Source: Sedimentisphaerales bacterium (GTDB taxonomy: Bacteria; Planctomycetota; Phycisphaerae; Sedimentisphaerales; SM23-30). Taken from it: DNA of 64,000 nucleotides. Shown one piece after another: positions 18,599-28,611 of the stretch. The position numbers and the translations under genes were made by a program. Below the pieces are notes generated by a model, which did no database searches, was not told the DNA's origin, and saw nothing but the letters and a program-made list of their open reading frames with translations. The DNA lies in contig CAXXMR010000009.1 of assembly GCA_963663805.2 (NCBI GenBank), positions 288,001 through 352,000 of the forward strand, written 5' to 3'. Positions within the stretch are counted from its first letter, which is position 1, and the number at the start of each line of letters is the position of its first letter.

Positions 18599-19984
18599 TT
18601 ACTGGGCGAATACGATTTTCTGTATTTCACCGACATCTATGTTACGGGGCTGGAGATTATTTTTGGCGGCCAAGGCGGCGGCGGTTCCAGCGGCGATTCC
18701 TGTGGCTAATGCGATTACCTGGACGCGGTATGAGGCCATTGCCTGGTGGGTTCCGCTGATGCATCTTCCGGCGGTTATCAGGCCATCGATCTTTTGGGGG
18801 ACGAGGCAGCCGTAGGGGATGTCGTAGGGTTTGACTTTGGGGTCGGTGCCGAGTGCGGTGCCGTGGGCCTGGCCGATGCCGGAGGGATTGTGGATATCTA
18901 CCGGAAATGACGCATCGCGTACTACAGCGTTGTCCCATTTGCGGCCTTTGAGAAGGTCTTCGACCTCAAGATGCTCGGTGCCGCGGATTCTTCTGGTTTC
19001 GCGTACTCCTATTACGGCGGGCATTGCCGAGACATAAGCATTCTGGAATCCGGGTGCGGTCTTTTTCAGGAAATCCATTACCGGCTGGACCTGGCGTCGG
19101 CATTCGAGTTCGGCTTTGGTGAGGTCTTTGGGGTTCAGTCCACTCAGGGCGTTGATTTGGGTGGCGTTGATGATTCGTTCGTCGTCACGGCGTGAGGTGT
19201 AGGTTCTGACAAAGCCGACGGTGGGGGGGAGTTGGCCTTTATCGTGGGCTTGTTGGGTTACCTCGTTCCAGGAGCGGCCGTCGGGGAAACGGTATTTTCT
19301 TCTGCCGCCGTTGGCTTCCATGGTTTCCGAATGGTTCACGCCCGCGACGCGGAACATGATGGTCATGGGCTGACAGAGACCGTCGGCTTCCCATGATGGC
19401 CCTGCGCCTCTGCCCTGATCGAATTCGGCACCGGCAGCAAAAGCTATATCACCGTCGCCGGTAGCATCAACGGTTACTTTTGCCTTGAGATCGACCAGTC
19501 CCTGTTTGGTAAGCAGTTTAACGCCGGTGACGCGATTGTTAGGGCAGATGGTCTGAGCGACCGGTGCATGCAGGAGGATGTTAGCGCCGGCATCTTCGAG
19601 CAGCTCGGCGTATCTAAGGTCTATAAACTCAAAGTCTACATGTCTGCCGCCCAGGTGTTTGAGGATTTTATCGACCTGGGAGCTTTTTACTTTGCCCATG
19701 AGTGGTCCGACAATCGCCTGCACGGCCATTCCGCCCAGTCGTCCGTATCGTTCGACCAGCAGGGTCTTCTGTCCTTGCCGGGCAGCCATCATTGCCGCGG
19801 CAATCCCTGCCGGGCCTCCGCCGCAGACCAGGACATCTACAGGTGTAAGTGCCTGTGGATCGCTGTGATTTACTATGGGGGCTTCTGTTGCCCAACTCTT
19901 ACCACCCCCCAATCCAGCCGCTGAGGTCAGGGCCAGTGTTTTTAGAATGTCTCTGCGACTTAACTGGTTGTTTTTGAAAGACAT
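18599..19984 (-). CDS. Tat-exported FAD-dependent oxidoreductase
   Basis: SRRDILK Tat motif; VLVCGGGPAG, VDATGDGD, GVRETRR and YDIPYGCLVP..AGRCIS motifs. Confidence 0.9.
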   Translation of the reverse strand: MSFKNNQLSRRDILKTLALTSAAGLGGGKSWATEAPIVNHSDPQALTPVDVLVCGGGPAGIAAAMMAARQGQKTLLVERYGRLGGMAVQAIVGPLMGKVKSSQVDKILKHLGGRHVDFEFIDLRYAELLEDAGANILLHAPVAQTICPNNRVTGVKLLTKQGLVDLKAKVTVDATGDGDIAFAAGAEFDQGRGAGPSWEADGLCQPMTIMFRVAGVNHSETMEANGGRRKYRFPDGRSWNEVTQQAHDKGQLPPTVGFVRTYTSRRDDERIINATQINALSGLNPKDLTKAELECRRQVQPVMDFLKKTAPGFQNAYVSAMPAVIGVRETRRIRGTEHLEVEDLLKGRKWDNAVVRDASFPVDIHNPSGIGQAHGTALGTDPKVKPYDIPYGCLVPQKIDGLITAGRCISGTHQAMASYRVQVIALATGIAAGTAAALAAKNNLQPRNIDVGEIQKIVFAQ

Positions 19985-20072
19985 ACAATATCCTTGCCAA
20001 GATTTGCCGTTGCTAATTTCACTATCCGTGAATATTATCATATAAAGGATTTTAGCAAATTTCAAGAGATAT

Positions 20073-20086
20073 TGCAAACGTTTACA
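20073..20086. promoter_or_regulatory. LacI-type operator candidate
   Basis: Near-palindrome TGCAAACGTTTACA with central CG. Confidence 0.6.
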
Positions 20087-20149
20087 GTGTTTCAGGGGTG
20101 AGTGTTCGTGGAGTGTGTGACAATATTTTTCTAGTAGTGATGGTATTCG

Positions 20150-20181
20150 TATCCGGCCGCTTATGCGGCTCAGCTTTTGTT
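20150..20181 (-). repeat. REP-like repeat, copy 2
   Basis: Reverse complement AACAAAAGCTGAGCCGCATAAGCGGCCGGATA, 3 mismatches to copy 1. Confidence 0.75.
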
Positions 20182-20290
20182 GGTGGGGGGGCTTACTGAT
20201 ACCGGAAAAGAGATTTGCCCCCTTTTCGTTATCCTGAGATTTAGCTGTTGATATTCACTTTTTGGGGCGTACAATCATGTTTTTTGTGCT

Positions 20291-21625
20291 TTGATGAGTA
20301 AATTGATTATGGACAGCGTGCCGCGAATGACCAGGCCCGACCGACGCCGGAGTATTTCCTGCATCTTTATTCTCGCTATGCTGGGTGTGGTTGCGAACAT
20401 CCTGCTCTCGCCGACGGTTATATCATTATTAGCGATTAAACTGGGGGCGGGCGAGGTGTATCTGGGGCTGATAAGCTTTGTGACGTTGATGCCGTTTATA
20501 TTCAGTCTGCGGATGCTGCCGATTATGGAATTTCAGGGCAAGCGCCGGATTCTGCTGCGCTGGTCGATTATGTCCTGCCTGATGACGCTGCCTTGGCTGA
20601 TAATTCCCGCGCTGGCGAAAAGCGGGGCGGTGACGCTTTGTCTGACGCTGATATTAATATCGATTTTCTTCCGCGCGACCAGTGAATCGTTCATGTTTTC
20701 GGCGTGGTTTCCGATTATTCAGGATATTGTGCCGCGCAGGTTAACGGGGCGTTTTTTTGGTAGTCTCAGGACATCATGGCAGGCGGTGGCGCTGGGGTTG
20801 CTGCTTTTTGTGGCGGGGTTTATGGGTAAAGATCCGCCCTGGTGGAAATTTAATCTTATTTTCGCGGTGGTTTCGGTCGCTTTGCTGATAAGAATCAGGT
20901 TTTTTATACCTTTGAGCGAAAATCCGCCCTTAAAGAGCTATCACGAGAGGTCGAAGCTGGGCGAGATTCTCAAAGAATTCTTCAAAAGCCCCAACGAGCT
21001 TAAAATTCTGGCTTATGTGCTCAGCTATGCCGCTGCTTTTGGGATGTCGGTTCCTTTTCAGGTGAAGCTGCTGAAAAACCTTGGCTATGGCGATGGGGTC
21101 ATTCTGGCAGCTTCAGCGATGATAAACGCCGGGGCGATAATCTCGTTGAGGTTCTGGGGCAGGCTGGCGGACAGGGTGGGTAATCGGATTATTTTTTCGG
21201 TTTCGCATATCGGGATGATTGTGATAACCGCTCTGTGGATAGTAATTCAGCATGACACCTTTAGCAGTGTTCTGGTTTTCATCCTGTTTTTCGTCAACAG
21301 CATATTCAACAGCGGTAACGGTATTGCTCAGACCAGGTATCTCATGCACACTATTCCGGCAGATAGGCAAAATCACCTGGTAATTGTCAATACCGCAATG
21401 ATCGCGATGTGGGGTTTTTCGCCGTTGCTGGCGGGTTTTTTCCTGAAGGCGACCAGCGGTCTGAATTTTGGTGTTTGCGGCCAAATATTTGACAACTATG
21501 ACCTGTTGTTCGCGATTAACGCGGGGCTTTTTATAATACCGCATGTTCTGAGGCGTCATCTCAGAGCGGCCAAAGATATGCCTACTTTCCAGGCCCTGAT
21601 ATTGATATTCCGGTCACGGCAGTGA
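20291..21625 (+). CDS. MFS transporter
   Basis: About 12 TM helices; WGRLADRVGNR motif A; DIVPRRLTGRFFG. Confidence 0.9.
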   Translation: MMSKLIMDSVPRMTRPDRRRSISCIFILAMLGVVANILLSPTVISLLAIKLGAGEVYLGLISFVTLMPFIFSLRMLPIMEFQGKRRILLRWSIMSCLMTLPWLIIPALAKSGAVTLCLTLILISIFFRATSESFMFSAWFPIIQDIVPRRLTGRFFGSLRTSWQAVALGLLLFVAGFMGKDPPWWKFNLIFAVVSVALLIRIRFFIPLSENPPLKSYHERSKLGEILKEFFKSPNELKILAYVLSYAAAFGMSVPFQVKLLKNLGYGDGVILAASAMINAGAIISLRFWGRLADRVGNRIIFSVSHIGMIVITALWIVIQHDTFSSVLVFILFFVNSIFNSGNGIAQTRYLMHTIPADRQNHLVIVNTAMIAMWGFSPLLAGFFLKATSGLNFGVCGQIFDNYDLLFAINAGLFIIPHVLRRHLRAAKDMPTFQALILIFRSRQ

Positions 21626-21627
21626 GC

Positions 21628-22212
21628 TTATTTGCGTCGATGGCAGATTGTTGCCAGGGTTATTGAAGCGTGGCCGAAAATTTCGAGGGTTTCTTCCAGG
21701 GGCATTTTCCAGGTTGGTTTGCCGATGAGGAATCCCCACCAGCCCTGGTCGAGTGACTGGGAGAGGAAGTAGAAAGTGAAGGCCAGGGCAATGAATGTCA
21801 TGCTTGTCCGGCCAGAAAAGTCTGCCTGCCATTTATCCTGTTTCCAGCCGGCCAGGGCGATAAGGATGACTAATCCGACGTAAACACCGGCTGATGTGCC
21901 AGCGAAGTGCCATTCCCGGCAGAGAAAGACTGCGGCTAATCCCAGCATCCAGCCCCAGAACGGATTTCTGGTGATAATCAGACGAATCAGGGCAACTATA
22001 GTGCCGATGGGCAGTACGATATACTGGGCTGTGAATTCCAGAAAATCTTTTTTGGGCGGGGTGATTGCTTTGGCGTATAGCAGAGCGATTAAAACAGCGA
22101 CGACGACAGGTATAATCAGGCTGGGAAGGTATATTGCTTTAAGAATAATATCAAAATTTATTAGTTTTTTATTACAATCGCGTGAGGCGGTTGGGCCTTT
22201 TGTGTCAGTCAT
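21628..22212 (-). CDS. Hypothetical polytopic membrane protein
   Basis: 5-6 TM segments; CREWHFAGT and EETLEIFGH polar motifs. Confidence 0.7.
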   Translation of the reverse strand: MTDTKGPTASRDCNKKLINFDIILKAIYLPSLIIPVVVAVLIALLYAKAITPPKKDFLEFTAQYIVLPIGTIVALIRLIITRNPFWGWMLGLAAVFLCREWHFAGTSAGVYVGLVILIALAGWKQDKWQADFSGRTSMTFIALAFTFYFLSQSLDQGWWGFLIGKPTWKMPLEETLEIFGHASITLATICHRRK

Positions 22213-22538
22213 GCTTTATCCCTTGTACTCAAAACACTTTATGTGAAATTGACGGAAACGATTACGCGTTTATAAATAGCCTTTTTGAGCTTGTACGGCA
22301 AATGAAATATTATGGATAGTTGAGGAGTAGCGAGATTTTGGGCGTGCCATAATTCTGAATACTTGACTTTTCTGGTCCTTTCGACCACACTGTGTCGTGA
22401 AATTTCCCGGAAAAAGGTATTTTCCGGCTCCCAAGCCCGGCGCGATTATTTATGGGACTTTCCGGCGTGGATAAATCGTTCCGCAGGCGTGATTGGGTAT
22501 AATTCTATATGAAAAATATAAAAAAAAGGCCCCCGGCG

Positions 22539-22563
22539 GGAACCGACCCGCTGTTAAAGCGTC
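22539..22563 (+). promoter_or_regulatory. ECF-type promoter (probably autoregulatory)
   Basis: GGAAC-N16-CGTC, ending 11 bp upstream of ATG 22575. Confidence 0.65.
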
Positions 22564-22574
22564 AAAATGAGGGT

Positions 22575-23171
22575 ATGCAGGATATTGAAGACCCGCTGAC
22601 GCCCACTGACAGTACGCTTATCAAGCAGTGTCGTCAGGGTAATACCGGTGCCTTTGCTCAATTGATAGGCCGGTATCAGGGTCGGCTCTTTAATGCTCTG
22701 CTGCGGATGGTCGGCAATTATGACGATGCTCAGGAACTTAGCCAGGAGACGTTTTTTCGGGCCTTGAGGAGCTTGAAAGGATTTAAAGAGAAGTCGTGTT
22801 TTTATACCTGGCTGTTTCGGATAGGGATGAACCTGGCGATAAACCATCACCGTCGGGGCAGTAAGGTTCATTTTACGTCGCTGCAGGCGAGCGAGGATGA
22901 TTTTGGCCGGCAGGCTGACGGTTTGCGGGCCTTGCCGGACCATCGGAACGCGGCACCTGACGAGCAGGCTGAGCTTAACGAACAGTATTACAATGCCTGT
23001 AAGGCTTTGGTGGGCCTTGACCCGCAATCTCGTGCCGTGGTGGTGCTGCGTGATATAGAGCAACTTGATTATGCAACCATCGGCAGGGTGCTGGAAGTGC
23101 CGCCGGGCACGGTCAAGAGCCGGTTGTCGCGGGCGAGAATGGCTTTGCGAAAAGTTCTGGCGGAAAAGTAA
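22575..23171 (+). CDS. ECF sigma factor (RpoE/SigW-like)
   Basis: DAQELSQETF, FYTWLFRI and VPPGTVKSRLSRAR motifs. Start moved to ATG 22575, downstream of the promoter motif. Confidence 0.92.
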   Translation: MQDIEDPLTPTDSTLIKQCRQGNTGAFAQLIGRYQGRLFNALLRMVGNYDDAQELSQETFFRALRSLKGFKEKSCFYTWLFRIGMNLAINHHRRGSKVHFTSLQASEDDFGRQADGLRALPDHRNAAPDEQAELNEQYYNACKALVGLDPQSRAVVVLRDIEQLDYATIGRVLEVPPGTVKSRLSRARMALRKVLAEK

Positions 23172-23194
23172 CAGATTTAGCGGAAAAGTTTGAC

Positions 23195-24622
23195 ATGGCG
23201 GAAAAAGAACCCAAACTGGTTCTCGTCGAGATGATAAGTGCTTATCTTGACGATGAGCTGACTTCAGGTCAGGTCCAGAAGCTGGAAAAGCGGCTGGCCG
23301 TGGACCCGTCTGCCCGCCGACTTCTGGCGGAGCTGCGTCAAAACGCTGAATTACTCCGGGCTATGCCCGTTGCCAAGCCGGGTGCGGACCTTACCGACAA
23401 TGTTCTCAATGAAATCGAGCGGGATATTCTGCTGGATCCGGGGCAGGCCCTTGCCGAGCTGGCTGGCCGTAAACATCTGCGTCTGAGGCGTTTTGTGGCT
23501 GCTGCCGCGATTATTATGCTGACATTTCTGGTTGGCTCTGCCATTTATACTGTTTTGGACAGGCCTCAGTTGACCGATTTGGTGGCCAAGGATTCGGGCA
23601 GAAATGTCCCTCTGAAGAAACAAGCTGCCTCGGCGGGAGCTGCCGAGATGAAATCCGCCGATGTCGGTGTCGCGGCTGTTCGGGCGGAAAATCTTCGGGT
23701 GGGAAAGCCGCGTTCTCTGCCGGTTCCGGCTCCTTTGCCTTCTATCGAATCCGCTCAGCCGCGCCTTAGCAAAGTGAATATGATTATCAGGACAGATGAG
23801 CCTGACAGCGTTGTCGCGCGGGTTGCCCGGATATTCGCTGATGCTGACCAGCCGGTTATCCGCAAAAATATTGGCTGGTCGAGCTGCCAGTTCACCGTGG
23901 TTTTGCCTATGGCTCAGGCTCGCGTCCTTTTTGAAGATATTACTGACCGCTACGAAAAGCAAATTGAACTGGATGTGGCTGATTTTGGCGAATCGGCTGA
24001 TAGTCGTCTGGTGGTTGATAATGCCAGTTTGGAGCAAATATCGCTTTTGGCTGAAGAAGTGTCACCCGCCCGGCAGTTGTTGTTGGCAGAGGCTTTTCCC
24101 ACGGCCCGGCGGATAAACCCTGAACCTGTTGCTCAGGACGTAAAGGATGATTTTGAGCCGGATAACTACCCGAATTTTTCGACTTCGGCGTCGGACCTTT
24201 TTGAAACTTTTGCCTATGACATCAGTTCTCCGGCGGTTCCCGAAAAGGCTGAACGTTCCAGAATGTTTGCCGCTAATGGTTCGTCGGGTTTGTCGCGTCG
24301 GTCTTATGTCGGGTCCGGTACGTATAAGGAGCGGGCCAGCAGAGTTCTTAATGGCCAGGTTGACGTGCCGGAGGCTGATTCCGGGGAGCCTTTGGAACCG
24401 AAAACGCTGTCTGAGGATGTTGGGGCGTTTTCTGATTTTTCGGATGGTGACAGCCAGGAAGCGGAGTTGGAACGCGTAAGGGAAAGTAATTTGGGTCCAG
24501 CTCAGTTTGTGGCTATTATTTTGACGGTTAAGGATTCCAGGGTGGAATCAGACATTTTCTTTCCGGAAAACCCCGATTCTGCAACTTCAGTGGAGCCTCT
24601 GGTGATAATGCCGGAATTTTAG
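23195..24622 (+). CDS. Membrane-anchored anti-sigma factor
   Basis: ISAYLDDEL anti-sigma domain lacking Cys/His zinc ligands; single TM; large extracytoplasmic region; directly follows the ECF gene. Confidence 0.8.
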   Translation: MAEKEPKLVLVEMISAYLDDELTSGQVQKLEKRLAVDPSARRLLAELRQNAELLRAMPVAKPGADLTDNVLNEIERDILLDPGQALAELAGRKHLRLRRFVAAAAIIMLTFLVGSAIYTVLDRPQLTDLVAKDSGRNVPLKKQAASAGAAEMKSADVGVAAVRAENLRVGKPRSLPVPAPLPSIESAQPRLSKVNMIIRTDEPDSVVARVARIFADADQPVIRKNIGWSSCQFTVVLPMAQARVLFEDITDRYEKQIELDVADFGESADSRLVVDNASLEQISLLAEEVSPARQLLLAEAFPTARRINPEPVAQDVKDDFEPDNYPNFSTSASDLFETFAYDISSPAVPEKAERSRMFAANGSSGLSRRSYVGSGTYKERASRVLNGQVDVPEADSGEPLEPKTLSEDVGAFSDFSDGDSQEAELERVRESNLGPAQFVAIILTVKDSRVESDIFFPENPDSATSVEPLVIMPEF

Positions 24623-24777
24623 GGTGTCTGAGGGGGTCGCGGATGCGACTTTCGGAGCCGTTTTTCGGTGTTTTTTGGGGCATTGTAAGATTGTTTTTGA
24701 ATGGTTCGCTGCGGGAGCTAAGGGATCGCCAGGAACAATTGTCGCACACTGGGGGCTTGGGGGGATTAATATTTTTA

Positions 24778-24794
24778 TTGAACCTGTTGTTCAA
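24778..24794. promoter_or_regulatory. Palindromic operator candidate upstream of GntR-type regulator
   Basis: TTGAAC-N5-GTTCAA. Confidence 0.4.
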
Positions 24795-24859
24795 AGTAGT
24801 TACATTTGGTTGTCAGCCTTCCGGGCTGGGTTTATCAGAGTTAATAAAGAGGTTTTCTG

Positions 24860-25996
24860 GTGATGGTATCGGATATAAATTACAAAGGTTCTGGCCGTAA
24901 GCGTACCTTGCTGAAATATCAGCAGGTCAAGGGCTATATTCTGGAAATGATAAAGACCGGTCGTTTGAGTCCGGGTGAACCTCTTCCCTCGGAAATTGTT
25001 ATGTCTCAAGAGGTCGGTACGGCCCGGAATACCCTTCGTCAGGCGATATCAGAGCTGGTTGACGAGGGCGTATTGCAGAAAGTGCGTGGTCGGGGTGCCT
25101 ATGTATCGATTCGCAGTGAATCGGGTCGAGCGTTAGTTACGGCTGACCAGTTTGCTTTGATTGTGCCTGAGGTCGAGCGGAGTATATATCCTAGCCTGAT
25201 TAGGGGTTTTGTGCAGGGGGGCAAGGAGCATAATCATCGGGCCACGGTTTGTGATTCACATTATGACCTGGGTCGTCAGGCTGACATAATTCTTTCTCTG
25301 ATGAATAGTCCCACAACAGGGGTAGCGATAGTACCGGTAATTCCTTCGGTAACTCCTTCGTATCATGTTGAGTGCCTTCAGAGTAAAGGTGTGGCGGTAG
25401 TTTGTTGTATTCGTCCGGTTAAGGGGGTTTCGGCTCCTTTGGTTGGTTGGGATGCGGCTGAGCACATGAGGCGTGCTTGTGAGCTGGTTTTTAAGGCTGG
25501 TCATAAAAGGCTGGGTTATTTTGCCAGTTACCGGTATATGCTTTCGGAGACTCATATTCAAACAATACGCGAATGTGTTATGCAGCAGGCAGGTGAGTTT
25601 CGTGATGATAATATCAATTTTGGCTCGCGTCTGGGCGATTTGGAAGAGGAGATGAAACTCGACGCGTTGAAGCAGATTTTGTTTTCTGAGAATCGACCTA
25701 CCGCGATACTCTGCAATGATGTGACCGAAGCCGAGCTGGTTTATGTTCTGGCGGGTCAGTTGGGTTTTTCCGTGCCGGAAGACCTTACAGTGGTTGGTCT
25801 GGGCGGGGCTCATAACAGTGGTGTAATTCGTGAAAGAATCACTTCTATAGACGCCCAGGCCGCTAATATAGGTCAGGTGGCGTGTGAACTGCTGGATGAT
25901 ATGAACCGGGGGCGGTTACCCTTGAAGAATAACAAAGTTGTTATGCTGGATTTTGATTTGTATGAGGGGCAGACAGTTGGGTCACCTAAGGGGTGA
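24860..25996 (+). CDS. GntR-HTH / LacI-type effector domain regulator (AraR-like)
   Basis: LPSE...TARNTLRQAISELVDEG..GRGAYV; AILCND and VPEDLTVVG in the C-terminal domain. Confidence 0.9.
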   Translation: MMVSDINYKGSGRKRTLLKYQQVKGYILEMIKTGRLSPGEPLPSEIVMSQEVGTARNTLRQAISELVDEGVLQKVRGRGAYVSIRSESGRALVTADQFALIVPEVERSIYPSLIRGFVQGGKEHNHRATVCDSHYDLGRQADIILSLMNSPTTGVAIVPVIPSVTPSYHVECLQSKGVAVVCCIRPVKGVSAPLVGWDAAEHMRRACELVFKAGHKRLGYFASYRYMLSETHIQTIRECVMQQAGEFRDDNINFGSRLGDLEEEMKLDALKQILFSENRPTAILCNDVTEAELVYVLAGQLGFSVPEDLTVVGLGGAHNSGVIRERITSIDAQAANIGQVACELLDDMNRGRLPLKNNKVVMLDFDLYEGQTVGSPKG

Positions 25997-26047
25997 GTGG
26001 TATAACGACGGTTTAATCGTGGATTAATTAGGGCATGCATAAGGCAA

Positions 26048-26114
26048 TACGCCCTTACGCGGGGCGGTTCCTGTTGGTGGGGGTATCCGGCCGTTTACGC
26101 GGGGCGGCTTCTGC
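26048..26114 (-). repeat. Tandem pair of REP-like repeats (copies 3 and 4)
   Basis: Both contain TTACGCGGGGCGG; related to 5036-5067. Confidence 0.65.
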
Positions 26115-26169
26115 ATTTTTTCGACCCCTTTGGGGTGGTTTTGTTGGGGGGGGGATTATTTGTAATGGG

Positions 26170-26196
26170 CTAACATTACTCTAACAATCTGTAAAT
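26170..26196 (+). promoter_or_regulatory. Pho-box-like direct repeats
   Basis: CTAACA repeated at an 11-bp period (26170, 26181) plus a degenerate third unit, upstream of porin-pstS. Confidence 0.5.
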
Positions 26197-26293
26197 ATTT
26201 CCTTAATTATCCGGGGGTACTCTTCCGGCAAATGGAACTGCGTAGGGTACGCGGTTTAGGTATGGCAAACACAGGATAATTAAGGAGTGTAAC

Positions 26294-27547
26294 GTGCAGA
26301 AGAAATGGATTTTGTTGTTGGCTGCTCTGGTGTTGACAGGATGGATTGGTACGGCTAGTGGTGATGACATGGGCGATTTGCAGGCTCAAATCAAACAGTT
26401 GCAGGCTCGTATTCAGCAGTTGGAAGCTCAGGGACAAAGCTCCCAGAAGTCTATCGACCAGGCAATCAAGGAGCTGGAAGCTCAATCGAAGGCGGGCCTG
26501 CCGGAGTCGCTGGCCTGGGCAGAAAAGATTTCCTTCAAAGGTGATTTTCGTTATCGCCATGAGACTATCGAGGCTGAAGATGACGGCAGAATGGACCGGC
26601 ATCGTAATCGCGTACGGGCCCGCATCGGGATGAAGGCTAAAGTTAATGATGAATTCGATATCGCGATTCGCTTGGCCAGCGGCAGTGCTGACCCGGTTTC
26701 GGCAAATCAAACAATGGGCGATTCTTTTTCCAGCAAGGATATCTGGCTGGACCGCATGTATTTAACCTATCACCCCGAAGCGATTTCCGGTTTGGATGTT
26801 CTGGCTGGCAAGATGGCCAACCCTTTCTATGTGGTTGGAAAAAGTCAGCTTATCTGGGATGGCGACCTGAACCCCGAAGGTGTGGCCGCTTCTTACAGTT
26901 ACCAACTCAATGACACTCTGAAAGCGTTCGCTAATGGCGGTGGTTTCTGGGTTGATGAGAACAGCGGTGCGGTTGATCCTTCGGTCTGGGGTGCCCAGGC
27001 TGGTCTGACCGCTGATATTGAGTCGGTTACTTTGACCGCTGGTGCCAGTTACTATAATTATGGTAATGTTGATGGCGGCGGCGCTCTTTGGGACGGTGAT
27101 TTTTTCGGTAATAATACTGATGACCTTGACGGTGACGGCGACGGTGATGTTTTCGCGACGGATTTTGATATGGTTGAGTTGTTCGCTGAAGCTAAGACCC
27201 AAATTGGTTCAATGCCGGTAGCGGTTTTCGGGGATTACGTTGACAATACGGCTGCTTCGAGCGAAAATGCCGGTTACCTGGTCGGCATTACGCTGAACAA
27301 GACCAAGGCTCCGGGTTCCTGGCAGGCTGGCTATGATTATCGTGATTTGGAAAATGACGCGGTTGTTGGCACTCTGTGCGATTCTGATTTCGCCGGGGGC
27401 GGGACGGGCGGCAAAGGCCATAAGTTCGCTTTCGGTTATCAGATTTCCAAAAATGTCAAAGCTGCGGCAACTTATTTCCTCAACGAACGTAATGAGACTG
27501 AAGATGATTACCGTCGCTTGCAGCTCGATATTGAATTGAAATTCTAA
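26294..27547 (+). CDS. Putative outer-membrane porin (phosphate-starvation associated)
   Basis: Signal peptide, coiled coil, then GDFRYRHE, RNRVRARIG and LIWDGDLNPEG; terminal LKF; upstream of pstS. Confidence 0.85.
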   Translation: MQKKWILLLAALVLTGWIGTASGDDMGDLQAQIKQLQARIQQLEAQGQSSQKSIDQAIKELEAQSKAGLPESLAWAEKISFKGDFRYRHETIEAEDDGRMDRHRNRVRARIGMKAKVNDEFDIAIRLASGSADPVSANQTMGDSFSSKDIWLDRMYLTYHPEAISGLDVLAGKMANPFYVVGKSQLIWDGDLNPEGVAASYSYQLNDTLKAFANGGGFWVDENSGAVDPSVWGAQAGLTADIESVTLTAGASYYNYGNVDGGGALWDGDFFGNNTDDLDGDGDGDVFATDFDMVELFAEAKTQIGSMPVAVFGDYVDNTAASSENAGYLVGITLNKTKAPGSWQAGYDYRDLENDAVVGTLCDSDFAGGGTGGKGHKFAFGYQISKNVKAAATYFLNERNETEDDYRRLQLDIELKF

Positions 27548-27686
27548 TGTCCACTAACCTTGCGGAAGCAGACGGGGGCGGTCAAGGCTGTCCCTGTCCG
27601 CACCGCAAATTAAAGATTACAAGACAGGGAAGAAAACTAAATTAAATTTACGGTGTAATTAGACAACACAAATTGAAAGGAAGATT

Positions 27687-28514
27687 ATGAAAATCACAAA
27701 AGTTATGTTGGCGTTGGTAATGGCACTTCTGTTATCGCTGGGCAGCGTTGCCGGTGCCGAGGAATTGCAAATTGAAGGTTCCACGACGGTCGGCCCTATC
27801 GGTGATGCTTTTTCCGGTTATTTCCAGGAGGCTTATCCCGGTTTGCAGATTACCGTCAAGAAGACTGGTTCCGGCGATGGCGCCGCTGCTCTGGTTGACA
27901 GCCGCTGCGATATTGCCATGATGAGCCGTTTCATGAAGGAAAAGGAATTCAAGTCCGCTGTGGAAAAAGGTGTTTTTCCGGTCGCTCACGCTATCGCGAT
28001 GGATGGTGTTTGTGTAGTGGTTCATCCTTCCAACCCGGTCAAGGCTTTGACGAGTGAGCAGGTTCGCAATATTTACATGGGCACAATCACGAACTGGAAA
28101 GAACTCGGTGGTGCCAATGCTCCTATCGTTCCTATCAGTCGTGATACTTCTTCGGGCACCTATGAGACGTTCCACGGTCTGGTAATGAACAAAGAGAAGA
28201 TGGCTGGCAATGTTGAGTATGTCAACTCCAACCCGCAGGCCCATGCCCGTGTCAAGACCACTGCCGGTGCTATTGCCTATGTTGGTTTGGGTTTTGTCGA
28301 TTCATCCGTGAAGGCTCTGGAAATTGATGGTATCCAGCCGACCCGTCGCACGATTTCTTCGGGCAGCTATCCGGTCAGCCGTCCCCTGTATCTGTTCACC
28401 AACGGTTATCCGAAACTCGGTTCGAAGGTTCATGCTTTCTGCACTTTTTACCTGAGTGAAAAGGGCCAGGAAATCATTGAAGGCAAAGGTTTCGTGCCGG
28501 TAACTGATTATTAA
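27687..28514 (+). CDS. pstS: Phosphate ABC transporter substrate-binding protein
   Basis: EGSTTV, TGSGDG, MMSR, SRDTSSGTYETF and YPVSRPLY motifs. Confidence 0.92.
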   Translation: MKITKVMLALVMALLLSLGSVAGAEELQIEGSTTVGPIGDAFSGYFQEAYPGLQITVKKTGSGDGAAALVDSRCDIAMMSRFMKEKEFKSAVEKGVFPVAHAIAMDGVCVVVHPSNPVKALTSEQVRNIYMGTITNWKELGGANAPIVPISRDTSSGTYETFHGLVMNKEKMAGNVEYVNSNPQAHARVKTTAGAIAYVGLGFVDSSVKALEIDGIQPTRRTISSGSYPVSRPLYLFTNGYPKLGSKVHAFCTFYLSEKGQEIIEGKGFVPVTDY

Positions 28515-28563
28515 TCAGCCTCACTATCGCGGTTTGTTCCCCTGAATCGCGAGACACTTTACT

Positions 28564-28606
28564 TCCGGCCGAGGATGTTTCAGGCATCCCCGGTCGGATT
28601 TTTTAT
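28564..28606 (+). terminator. Rho-independent terminator after pstS
   Basis: Hairpin TCCGGCCGAGGATG / CATCCCCGGTCGGA followed by a T-run. Confidence 0.7.
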
Positions 28607-28611
28607 GCCAA

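Noticed and set aside
24778..24794. LexA box (GAAC-N4-GTTC)
   Set aside because: The spacer is 5 nt and the downstream gene is a sugar regulator.
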